64,000 bases of DNA, taken from positions 3,403,025-3,467,024 of the forward strand of contig CM082596.2 of NCBI GenBank assembly GCA_040954595.2, read 5' to 3'. Positions 11,500-23,253 of this stretch are shown one piece after another. A model generated the notes under the pieces. That model worked only from the letters and a program-made list of their open reading frames with translations, was not told the origin of the DNA and made no database searches. Every line of letters starts with the position of its first letter. The first letter of the stretch is position 1. Made by a program: the position numbers and the translations under genes. Source of the DNA: Balanoglossus misakiensis (lineage: Eukaryota > Animalia > Hemichordata).

Positions 11500-14400
11500 A
11501 TGGCGTGCCGTATTTTGGGGAGAAAACTTCATCATTGCAACAATTGGAGTCTGGGCGTCAGGGCTGTGGCTGCCTTTAACAAAAATATCCGAAATGTCAC
11601 AAGTTTGGGAGGAACCAGCAAAGCAAAATGTCATGTCATGTCGTCACATTTCTGGACGCAATATCTGAGGTCCCACTGCACTGCAGTATCAGCAACCGGA
11701 TACACTGATTTCCAAAAGGAAAAGGAAAACTTCAAATGGGAAGTGCCGGAATACTTCAATTTTGCAACCGATGTAGTTGACAGGTGGGCCGAGAAAGAAC
11801 AGGTTGGTACAAATCTGGTAACAATGACCCCATTTCAATATCTGATGTGTGTAAAGAAAACAAGGATAAGGTCACGAATGTCACCTCTTAAGGTGAAGGT
11901 CCCAGATTAACCCACCAGTCAAGTTATGGCATTTACTTTAACTTCACCAACAGACCGGGGAACGTGATGCCACTGTACCTGCTCTGCACTGGGCAAACGA
12001 TGCTGGCGATGAAATTAAATGGACTTTCCAAGACATCAGCACCAAGTCTAAAAGGTAAAGTTCTGCCATGTTTATGACAAATTAGTGGTTATAATTCAAA
12101 GTATTTTAATCATGATCACAAAATAACTGTCCTTTCCAACTTTAGCCATTTAACATCAAAGTAAAAATACTTCAAATTACCAGAATTGTAACTTTGTTCC
12201 TTAAAACAATAACAATTGGATGATCTTTTAGCAGTTTTCTGCTTATTTTGTCTTTCATAGGACAGCAAATCTACTGACACATGATTGTGGTTTGAAAAAA
12301 GGTGACAAAGTTATCGTCATCTTAGAGCGTGTTCCTGAATGGTGGCTTGTGTACATTGCCTGTGTCAGAATTGGTAAGTATGATTTCAATGCTTGTTAAA
12401 TTTCTTAGGACAACTTATTTTGTGATCATTGAACCAACCACAATAACCAATATCAACTGATTAACCGCGACAGATATGAACATCTCAACTCCTTGCGTGA
12501 CAGATTCACCAGTCAATGACAGAGAAATGACAAAGATCTTTCTCTTTGAACTCTTTGAACAGGTGCCATTATTTGTCCTGGTTCTCCCCAATTGAGGACT
12601 GCTGACATTGAATATAGATTAACTATTTCCAAGGCAACTACAATCATAACTGATAGCGAGCATGCAGAGATGGTGGACCAGGTACATGTACTTCCCTGGT
12701 TTCCTTCAAGAGGGTTTTCTACGTACATGTCATTATGGTTTAAGGATTACTAGTAATACCCAACAGATATTTAGCTCAAGAGATTGATTTGATTCTAGCA
12801 TTAAGATCATTGGCCACCGTATAAACTTATTTTACAGTTTGAGTTGGCCAGCTATGGGCACTGATTTCAGAAGAGCAATCAAATATAATTGCTAACTTAA
12901 TGATCATCTCTACATTGATGTGTGGGGGTGTCTGTGTGCATAAACACCATGTACTTACATATGTATATTTTTTAGGTTATAGAAGGCTGTCCTGATGTGA
13001 AATGCAAACTTTTAATACCTAAAAACAAAGAAGAATCAAGGTATGAATTTACAAATGTAAGCGATCTTTACCGCATGAAGTTTTCAAAATGTTACAATAT
13101 GTACTCAGAGGTAATTGTAATAAGGAGAAATTCCATGACAATCGTCAACAGATGACAAATTTCCGACTTTGCGATCTTCTGTGATTGATCAAGGACGTGC
13201 TTCTAAGGGCCAAAAGATGTCCGCAAAAAGCACCGCCAGCAAGGCGTGGTTATTGGTTATTGTTCAAAGTGCATTTGGTAAGTGCAGATTTTATAGTTCC
13301 GGCAGCAACATCTTCTCACATCGCATACTTTAATTATTACTTATTTGTATTGTTCAGGTCAGGCTGGCTCCATTTCCGTGAACTTTTTGACAAAGCAGAC
13401 CATAATTTTGAGGCAAGTCAACTCACTTCTTGTGAAACAGAAATGGAAACCGAAAGATGTACTGGTTGCTATAGTGATGAACGTGTTCAAGTGCTGGAGT
13501 GTTAGCAGAGATTCCTGAAGACTTAATTAATCTTGCTGTCTTGTAGTAAGAGGTCATTATTTTTTTTAAATCTCCTTTATCCAGGCTGTTCAAACGAAAA
13601 GTGATGATTCCATGGTTGTATTCTTCACCAGTGGAACTACTGGTAAACCTAAGATGACTGAACACACTCAAGCCAGCTATGGCATAGGACACACACTCAC
13701 AGGAAAGTAAGATCCTGTCCGACTCAATTGTTTTCATTTGTACAACATATTTTTTTTTCTTCAAGTTTTCGCGTGCAATTGGTTTAAAACTTTCACCTTT
13801 TTATAATTCAAAGTGTTAAGATCACAGCAAGCAAATGTTGACATTTTATCATATCTGAATCAAGATGTTGAATTTTTGTTTCTGTGTCAGGTACTTTATG
13901 GATTTGACAAGTCGTGATGTCTTCTACACATTGGCAGACACTGGCTGGGCAAAAGCTGCCTACAGCTTCATCTATGCGCCTTGGATTTGGGGTGCATGTG
14001 TGTTTGCTCACCACTGCCCCATGTTCGGCCCTGTTCATACATTGGAGGTAAATTCGTACATATTTCAATAAATGTTCTTCAGGTGCAATGAGAGCACATC
14101 TGGGAACAACTGTAGTTTCCAAACACGGAAATCATTTTTTTTTACCAAAATATTTTCCCGCAAGATTTTATAATACAGTCACAAATAGTATCAAAAATGT
14201 TGCAGTTAACCCTCGTCAACTCATGGCCAATTTAACATAATGAACATCTAACACTAATACTGGTCAGTTTCAATTGTGCTCATTTTGTGGGTATTATATT
14301 CAGGTTTTGCAGAAATATCCAGTCTCTGTGTTCTGTGCCCCGCCAACAGCTGTCCGTATGATGGTTCAAGAAGATCCTGCACATTTCAAGTTTCCGCATC

Positions 14401-16173
14401 TTCGCCGGACAGTTTGTGGAGGTGAACCAGTGGTGAGAGAGAACATCAAATAAAATGTATTGGAGTGGCTTTCAGAAATAGAAAATAAAATGTCGGTCTT
14501 CACCAGGTGACATTTGAATATGACAATCCCAATGCTGACATACATGTTGAAGCATTCTATCAATGAACTGTATTCCGTTTGTTCGATTTCAGAATCCAGA
14601 AGTTGTCCATGCTTGGAAAAAATTAACCGGTATGTCCATCTATGAAGGATACGGCCAATCAGAAACTGTGAGTTGATTTGTGATCATTTATAACATTTTC
14701 CCAACGCTCAGAATTACTCTCCTCTACTGATGTGCACTGACCTAGAAGTAGTTGTCACCCATGTTATAACTACATGTACAGCATTGATAGTTGCAGTGGT
14801 CTTGATGACGGCGATGTTGGCCATGACGATGACGATGACTATTGATGATTCTTTACTGACAATTTTGCAGGTTCTACTGTGTGGAACTTTTCCTGGGGTG
14901 AAGCAACGACTGGGATCCATGGGAGTTGCCTGCCCGGGAATGGATGTTCGAATTGTTGACGACGACGGAAACGAGCTGCCTCTCAATGAGGAAGGTCACA
15001 TCGCTGTGAAAGTCAAACCAGAGAGGCCACCGTGCCTATTTTCACAGTATCTGGTGAGTCTTCATTACATGTATGTGATCATCCACTTATGTGCCTGAAC
15101 TCTATCACAGTATCTGTGTACCCGTTTCACAAATTTCTACATTTCCGTTTCCGTTACCCAGGACGATGAAGAACGCACAGCTGCCGCTTTTGTTGGTGAC
15201 TATTACCTCACAGGTGACAAGGGTTACAAAGACGAACACGACTACTTCTGGTTTGTGGCCAGAAAAGATGATGTCATCATATCGGCAGGGTAACATTTTA
15301 CTTTGTGTTGATCACATGACACTGTCACTTTATATACAGATAATTTTGGTGTAGAGAGCAAATTTATAGATGATGAAATATTTTTTGACAAGGATTTTAT
15401 CCAGGAGGACCTGACCCTCTGATAAGCTTCTGGTAGATTTGAGAAATTATGTTAACTTACTGATTTAAATACACTGGCTGTATTTTTAATCATTGATATT
15501 TGCAGACATCGCATTGGTCCATTCGAGGTGGAGAGCGCCCTATTGGAGCACCCGGCGGTAGCTGAGTCGGCAGTCGTCAGTAGTCCTGATGAAATTAGAG
15601 GCGAGGTAAGAACAATTAAAACTCTTTTGTTTAAGCCTTTTTGTTTAATAGTAATACCTGGATGTTTAGTTTCATCTTGTGTCAGGAGGTTGGTAAGATT
15701 TTAACTTTTCTCACTTTTTGGTTGTCATGGTTACTCACACAGATTGTGAAGGCTTTCGTAGTCCGATCCTTACAACACAGAGACCGCGATGAAGTTGAAT
15801 TGATCAAAGAATTACAAGATCATGTGAAGAAGGTAACAGCGCCATACAAATACCCCAGACAGGTCAGTTTAGTCACACTTCAATATTCCTTTTATCTTAC
15901 GTGTTTGCTTTCTATAAAGGTTGAGACTGTGCTGAAGCATGTCAGGTTAATAATAACTGGAACAGATTTAAAGTGAATTTTATACCCAAATCACCAGTAT
16001 TGCATCATTAGGACTATATTAAGTTTCCTTTTAATAATCACAAATGCTACTAAGATTTTCTGTTTATTTTTTTCGTTTGACAGATCGAATTTTTAGATGA
16101 ATTACCCAAGACTGTTAGTGGCAAGACCTTGCGATATGTGCTCCGCAACAACGAATGGAACAAGACGTACTAA
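11500..16173 (+). CDS. ACSM: Acyl-CoA synthetase, medium-chain family (ACSM-like), mitochondrial; 15 exons, ~619 aa
   Basis: Exons 11500-11802, 11954-12054, 12261-12373, 12563-12681, 12976-13040, 13358-13412, 13585-13706, 13891-14047, 14304-14432, 14593-14667, 14871-15053, 15162-15289, 15506-15605, 15743-15862, 16084-16173 (1860 nt, open frame). Motifs: [28 protein letters not shown] (P-loop), [52 protein letters not shown]. The Arg-rich, acid-free N-terminus resembles a mitochondrial presequence. Confidence 0.95.
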
Positions 16174-16355
16174 TAACAAATAACCAGTGAAAATTAGACA
16201 CCAAACTCCACTGTGTAAAAGAGTGGAATACTGTTTTCTTTTCTTTTCCAAGACTTTGTGTTCATGTTCACATAGACCATGCAGCCAAACCATTTACTGT
16301 CATTCTCAGACACTCATAAACACAGAACAAAGCAGCTGTTTTTTTTAATACTCTA

Positions 16356-16361
16356 TTTATT
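16356..16361 (-). terminator. Candidate polyadenylation signal of the kinase gene (kinase-3 isoforms)
   Basis: AATAAA on the minus strand ~700 nt downstream of the stop at 17055. Confidence 0.5.
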
Positions 16362-17054
16362 TTACCTAGACCCTATGTAGAACATATAACATTCTAACAC
16401 TAAGTTCTACCACAGAAATACCAGGATACAATTGAGAACACTAGCTGTGGCGGCGGCAACTTCAGCTGTGAGCCAATACACTGTATCTTGGTATTTCTGT
16501 TTCTACGGTGATGAATTATCTACGGAATCTCACTTTACACCAAAACAAATATCATATTGAATATGGAACTGCAAAAGTGGGTTTGAAGTTTATAAAATTG
16601 TGACAAAATCGAGGCCACTACATGTAATAATTCAATGTAAAAGATAATTGGATTTCACTGACTAATCTGAATGTATTAACAATATAGTTGAGTAGTTTTA
16701 CTTGAAATTAAATAGTGGAAACTGTACTTGGAACTCAAAGCAAATAAATGTCAAAAGTTTGGATTTTTGTCGAAATTCGTGTCCTGTCGTAAATCCTGCA
16801 CTGATCGGGCACAATAGCCTGAACCAAAAAATAGTCAACTCACAATGATCGGAGTTATGTTGAGGTCGTTAAATTGACCAGTTTGAGTCCTGAACTGTGG
16901 CTTACTTGTCAGCTTTAAAAGTCATTTTTGTCAATAAATAGAAATCCATCAGATTTGCGACATCGTTCACATATACATCTTCATATGTACATAGTAATGA
17001 AGTGATGGCTTAACTGGAAGGGTCGTTCGTCTCCTGGGGGCGCTGTCCTGTCCA

Positions 17055-20000
17055 TTATGCCGTTGGTTCGGGTTTTATCTCGCTCTTCTCCGACGTGTCG
17101 TCATCGGTGGTGAACGAGAAGGACTGCTGAACCAGACAGTAGCGTCTGATCGTCATGGTTTCAGTGGTTGCCATGAGACGGCACTGGTGTTTGTAGTCGT
17201 CCATGTAATCCCTCAGTCGTCTGCTATCAAGCACAATATCCTGGCGTCGGCTTTTGGCGTCGTCCATGTTACTCAACCAGGGGTGGTGCAGGCATTCAAG
17301 CACAGTTGGTCTGTCCCTGAGAATAAAAAGGCAAAACGTAGAGTGCAAATGTATGAAAAAAATTCTAAAGAAATCTATAGAATTCTATGGCCTATAAAAT
17401 TTCCATTGAAATTTATAGAATTTCTATGGACATCTCTAGAAGTTTTCTGTAGTTTTGGCCATTTTTTATTGAATTCTATGAAACTTTCATCTGGCACATA
17501 TACTTACTTGCCGTGTCTTTGTAATGTAAGTTTTAAGAAGTCTCTGGCTTGATCGCTGACTTGGTGGTGGAGTTTGGACAGGTCACACGACGTGGTCAAA
17601 ATGTTGGCCATAGTCTCTGATTTGTCCTTGCAAAGAAATGGCGACACACCACTCAACCTTAAGAAAAGAAAAAATGAAAGTGAGAGTATGTTTTCCATAT
17701 ACCTTTAAACTTGAGTGTGAGATATAAAATTACAGAAATTAAAGACAAACGTGAAATATATTCAAATAACTCACATGATGAATGTTAGGATACCAATAGA
17801 CCAGATATCGGTGGCAGTGTTCACCAGCTGTCCTTCAACTGCCTCTGGAGCTGAAACGATGTAAAATAACTTAAATGCTTATAATGCTCAATAGGATAAC
17901 AAATGCAGACTTTTTGGCCACAACAGATAAATTTAGTCTCCCATCTTACCGGACGATGTTCAATTTATCTCGAGATGTTCTTTGTAATATGAAAAGTGAC
18001 ACTTTTCTGTTTGTGTCTACAGTATCCCAATAAAGAATGTACACCAGGGGATTGGTACATAATAACACATCCAGAGGAGCAAAAAGTCATATCATAATCA
18101 ACACATTAGATTCTCAAGAAACTACTCACCCATAAACTCTGCCATCATCTCGACATCAAGTTTGATCCCCTTCGGATCGGCAAGTTTCCTCGCAGAGCCA
18201 AAATCAATAAGTCTGACATCATTCCTCCTCCTGCTCTCCAGCAAGACGTTGTCCGGTTTGATATCCAGGTGGACGATATTCTGCGAATGCACGTAGTCAA
18301 CCGCATCTAGGAGCTGCTGCAGGAACTCCACCACCTCGTCCTCGGAGTACGAGCCCTTGCTGGCCAGGTAGCGCGTCACCGGTCCGCCGTAGTACCGCTC
18401 CGTGATCAAGATGAGGTATCGGGGCGTCAGGAAGGCGTCGTGCAGCATGCCGATGCGTGGGTGGCGCAGGTCCTTCAGGAGTTCGAATTCCTTGAGGACG
18501 TGACTTTCGGTGTCCAGCTTGATTCTCAGCATTTTGGCGGCGTATTCAATGTTGGTGCTGTGCTCTACGCACTTCTTGACCACAGCAAATCGACCCCTGT
18601 AGGCGAAAACAGTAACATACTTATTTAATTTAAAGTCTATGACAACCTTAGGAAACAAATTTTGTAAAAAAAATTACGGCATCTGCTGAAATGAAATGAG
18701 GGAAAAAATCTAACTGAAAATGAAAGCACTAGTTCCATCACTCAAAGTGTAATGCATAATTGGAAAGTTAGTTTCTTTCAATCAGATCTCTACCAAGTTT
18801 TCAGGAGAGCACACTTACATGCAACTAATCAAAAACCCAACTCCTTACCTTCCAATCTCATCTTCAAAGTTATAATTCTTCTGAGGTATTGACGTCTTCA
18901 GAGTGATCACAACTTCTTCATCGGCATCAACAGACTCAAATGATCTTTCTGTTGAGGACTGGCGTTTCATCCCAGCAAAACTAACCGATCTCAAAACCTG
19001 TAATCGGTCCGATCTTTCGATTTGAAGTTGGGGAGAACCTGTGAAAAAAACATGTCAGTTTGTACATAACAAAATTTTCAAGCAATAGTTTTGTTTTCAT
19101 CAATAACTCGTGGAGTGTTCAGTTTTCTGTAAAATTACTACTTCTGCAGTTCAGTCAATCTTGTAAAATTTGAACGTTACAGTCACAGATATTTGTGAGC
19201 TGACTACAGGTTCGACAGACAAAAATAATTAAAACTTCTGGTCCCTATTTCTTTCTCTCAATGGCTGATACATTCGTAGAAATCAGTGTTGAAGTTGAGG
19301 TAGAATCTGACCACATTACTGCTTTGACAATTCCTAATCCACTCAGTGCTGATGAAGGCGAGATTTCTGTAATTGAGAAAATTTGACACGCTACATACCT
19401 GCTGGCATGGTCTTCACCTGTGCAGATGATCGACTGTACGGACTGGATCCAATCTTATTGCGGCACGCGATTCGGAATCTATATGGTGTGTCTGGTTCCA
19501 GATTCTTGACATGGAGACATGCTTCTTGAATTTCATCAGATACCAATACCCAGTGTTTTTCACCTGAAATGATTTTTGGGATATTCAATGCAGCATTTTT
19601 ATCAAACAACAGTTTCACGATCTGGTAATAACTTGTTGTACTGCATGGAATTATCCTGTGATACATTCTGACTTGTTCCATCAGTCAATAAAATACAGTA
19701 CTGCTAGAAAGCAACCAGTTGAAAAAGCAACATATCACACTGGGAAAGATCTTACCTGCTTTTCTGTATTGTAGTTTGTAGGCTTTGAGAGGACAGTTGC
19801 CTGTGTAGTGTGGCGCTTTCCATGTGACAAATGCTTCCGTAGCTGATATCAGTGGCACTCGAGGTCGTGAAGGCTTGTCAGGTAGATCTGGAAAAAGAAG
19901 GGTGGAGCTGTTGGAAATATATATTTTGGATATGCCACATTCCTACTATTGTAGATGAATATTTTGATGGGGACAGTCTTAACTTGTTCTGAATTTTCCA

Positions 20001-20403
20001 CTTTTCCACCAGACAAACATTCAATTTGGTCAAAATTGGTCTTCATCAAAATCATGGTAAAATATGATATTGGATTAATTACACACTGGGGTACACCTGC
20101 ATACATATGCTTTCTCACCTGCAATGGCCACCTTTGCTGTCGAGTGTACGTTACCAAGTCTGTTAGCTGCCATACACCGGTAAACGCCGACGTCATCTTC
20201 ATCGGATTTCTCAATCCGTAGAAAACTCTTTCCTTGTTCGTCTGTCCACATCTTCACCTGCTCGCTGTGGAAGAGTTGGTGGTCTTCCTTGAACCACGTG
20301 ATGGTGGGCGTGGGTTTCCCAATGACCCAACACGACATCTCCACGGGCTGGCCTTCGACCATCGGCGTGTCTTTCAACAGGATACGGAACACGGGTGCGA
20401 ATT
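17055..20403 (-). CDS. SPEG/obscurin/UNC-89-like C-terminal module: Ig - Fn3 - kinase 3 (SK2-type)
   Basis: Exons 20403-20119 (Ig), 19887-19756 and 19563-19399 (Fn3), 19038-18849, 18596-18130, 17850-17775, 17657-17508, 17316-17055 (stop). Kinase motifs: EIGRGRFAVV, YAAK, HLDIKPDN, DFGSA, EFMAPE, DIWSIG, LSGVSPF, RPTVLECLHHPWL. GRF and HLDIKPDN are typical of the second kinase of SPEG/obscurin. Confidence 0.93.
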
Positions 20404-20671
20404 CTGCACATGGGAAGACAATAAAGATGAGTTTAAATACGCACAAAAAAGTTTTCCTGGCATGATGAAACAATGAGAAAAAAACGTGGACATGTTAGAA
20501 AAGGATAATGTCTGCGATGTTTTCAGAATCTGAAATCCACTTCCAAGAATGCTGGTGTACTACCAGCCCCTTTTTAATTAGTCTTGTATTTTTAACTAGG
20601 CAGAGTTGTTATTCAAGTTTTAAGTCTTCAACATTTGGGTTCCAGATTGGTTAAAAGGTTAAATGACTTAC

Positions 20672-20690
20672 CGTACATCCATTCCTTCAT
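20672..20690 (-). CDS. Candidate alternative first coding exon (MKEWMY) for a short Ig-Fn3-kinase-3 isoform
   Basis: cgcATG AAG GAA TGG ATG TAC G|GTAAGT. This is a perfect phase-1 donor matching the phase-1 acceptor at 20403, and gives a 581-aa ORF. Confidence 0.55.
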
Positions 20691-21360
20691 GCGGTAATGA
20701 CAGTGTTTTAGTGGGAGGAGAGTCTTGGTTAGTGGTGGGAACAATCGGCATGCTTCCAGGGTTGAACCACTCGGGTATTGAGAAATGCAAACCACTCCAA
20801 GCACAGTGCGCTCAGTATGTATAGGCTATAGTTGCCATCCCTTCTACCGTACATCTTTCGGAAATTTTGCAACTTGCCACATAAAATTGCTCCACATCAC
20901 AATGATTTCAGAAATAAATCCTCATTGAAATTAATAATTCACAGGGATTTAAGAACAAACATACAATGATGCAGTTAGTTATGAGTATATAATGTCATTA
21001 TTTTCAATGGATAAAAAAGTGACAGTACAGTTGAGAATCTTATGAAAAATAATGTTGCATAGAGTGAAGTATATTTGCATTCCATTGGAAGTATTACACC
21101 CTTATCAAAGTCAAAGGTACCTGCATGACTGGAAAAATATTTACACAATTTAGCAGAATGTACCGATTATTTACAATTAATAAGGGTATGTGACATAAAA
21201 ATATGTTAAATTTCACTGTTGTAGCTTAAAGATGCATCCCATTGAAGTGTATACATTTTCAGTGTAAAAAGTAGTAAATATCAGAGTATGAAAAATTTGT
21301 TTGCAGACTAAGGAAAATTTTGTGTCTAAAAATCTCCTTTATCCAATATGGAAAATAGGA

Positions 21361-22986
21361 TTATAAATTGACAAAAATGTCTAAAATAACAGCAATTATA
21401 ATGCCGCATATGGCACTCAGTATGATTCTAAAAGTTGGACTGAATCTTAGCCGGACTGTCATAGGAATTTTCAGTTCTTCATAGCTGACTGTTTGGTTCA
21501 GCATGATTTCAAGGTCTTTCTCCATTTCCTCAATGGAACGTTTTTCGTCCACAGTGCCGGCCGACGAGGCGCGTTTCAACGCACCAAAGAATCCATAATC
21601 AGTGTTTGCTTTGGGCAGATCTTTCTTCAAGTGAAGTTTCATCATAGTCTCCGCGAGGGACAGCATTTTGGGTTTTGCGTTCGTCCCGTTCTCTGCAGAA
21701 TCTTTGTTTTCGTTTTCGAGATTGAAGGAGACACCAAGACGTCTCTGCCTCGGAAGGTTTTGTTTCAAAATGGACGCCTGTCCTGATTTATTTGCGGGAT
21801 TCTCGGCTTCCTTCTCTTCCAGATGTGTATCCTCCGTCACTGTTTCTAGATCACTCAGACTTCTCTGAAGTCTGGAATCATTCCCTTTCCCACTTTTCAC
21901 TCCTGATTTCTTATCCGGAATGTTATTATTACTGAGTGACACCGAATCACCCATACTGTTCAAACGTTTGACACAATTTTCTGATTTGGTGTGATCGGCT
22001 CGCGAGGATTCTTTAACTGACAACCCAGCCTGTCTGACTCGAAGCTCTTTCTTTTCTGCAGGTTCAGCTAAGTACACCTTCTTACTAATCTTTTTAAAAG
22101 CCTGTCTGAAAGCGTTATCCTCTTTGGGGGAAAACTGCATGGCTTTCTCATATTCCTGCTCTACGGCCGTCGGTGGGACTGCCTCACATTCGACCTCCGA
22201 GTTGGTTTCGGTGTAACACCCGACACAAGTTGTGATCTCATCACTTTCGTCTCTGTTTTGTGAGGCTGCTGTCGTTTCATACACAACAGAGCTTATCGTA
22301 CTCGTGGAGGTAATTCTAACAGTGGCTGTGTCTCCAGTTTCAGACTTTGTCGTCATAGTAACCATTTGCCTATCATCATCAATGGTTTCTATCTCGACAT
22401 CACAGTCACTTTCGCTTGCATCATACTCTGTCTCCCTATCTAACTCTGAACACTTTTTAGATCGACAAACCGCTAATCTTTTCACAGCTCTTCTATTGTA
22501 AGTTGGCATCCTGGGTTTTCCAGGTTTACAGCCTGCAGCTGACTTTATGGCAGACTTTTCTGAGTGTGAATCTAATTCATCCAACACCTGCTCTATGTTT
22601 ACTGGACTACAGCTACACCATGCATAGTTAGCCGTGGCATGCTCTACATTCGGGTACAAATCCTTCCTCAACAGTTCCTTGATAATTCCTGGCGGTGCAA
22701 GCATAGGCATATTAAGTCTGTGAATACCTTCCACGTCTCGTGCCGTCTTCTCCTCTTCCGGTTTCTTCTTCCGGCTCAACGGAAGCTGCGGAATCTTGAT
22801 GGAGATCTCGCCCTCCTCTGCCTGGATGTCCTCCGAGCTTCCCGACTTGGTCGCCGGGCTGCGCTCCGTGTCCGACGTCCCGGAAGCGGTGCCGGGGGTC
22901 TGCCTTCCCAGGTCGGAAAGCGAGTCGGAGCTGATTGTGGAGAGACGGCGGATCCTCATGGCGGATTTGACAGCTGTCAGTGCTTT
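21361..22986 (-). CDS. Post-kinase-2 exon with internal donor (22728); read-through yields a ~455-aa unique tail ending in a transmembrane helix
   Basis: 541-codon open frame from the acceptor at 22986 (KALTAVKSAMRIRRLS...). The internal donor GAAG|GTATTC at 22728/22727 is phase 1 and fits exon 20403. The ORF otherwise continues to ...RFSPTFRIILSAICGIIIAVILDIFVNL*. Confidence 0.8.
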   Translation of the reverse strand, partial: KALTAVKSAMRIRRLSTISSDSLSDLGRQTPGTASGTSDTERSPATKSGSSEDIQAEEGEISIKIPQLPLSRKKKPEEEKTARDVEGIHRLNMPMLAPPGIIKELLRKDLYPNVEHATANYAWCSCSPVNIEQVLDELDSHSEKSAIKSAAGCKPGKPRMPTYNRRAVKRLAVCRSKKCSELDRETEYDASESDCDVEIETIDDDRQMVTMTTKSETGDTATVRITSTSTISSVVYETTAASQNRDESDEITTCVGCYTETNSEVECEAVPPTAVEQEYEKAMQFSPKEDNAFRQAFKKISKKVYLAEPAEKKELRVRQAGLSVKESSRADHTKSENCVKRLNSMGDSVSLSNNNIPDKKSGVKSGKGNDSRLQRSLSDLETVTEDTHLEEKEAENPANKSGQASILKQNLPRQRRLGVSFNLENENKDSAENGTNAKPKMLSLAETMMKLHLKKDLPKANTDYGFFGALKRASSAGTVDEKRSIEEMEKDLEIMLNQTVSYEELKIPMTVRLRFSPTFRIILSAICGIIIAVILDIFVNL

Positions 22987-23253
22987 CTGTGAAAGTAAAA
23001 AAAGGAACAAGTACTTAGTGTTTGTAGACTCTCAGAAGTCAAATGAAGACATGCAGATAACAGCCTATAGGCCTTGTAAACACCTGTCTACATGTATGTG
23101 TAGACAGGGAAATGATATGGCAAAGAATGGCCTTTTAAAATACAGATAACATACAATAAATTCGTGCACTTTTATAGAGATCTCTTCTGTGAATGACCCC
23201 GGAAATATCTATCAGAAACATGATGAGATTACTAAATGTAGATATGAACCCAC

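Noticed and set aside
17357-17490. Degenerate ATAGAATTTCTAT-type palindromic repeats in the last kinase-3 intron
   Set aside because: Short, decayed and low-complexity; no termini or target-site duplication can be defined.
21361-21440. KASH domain at the end of the TM tail
   Set aside because: There is no ~30-aa lumenal segment and no PPPX terminus.
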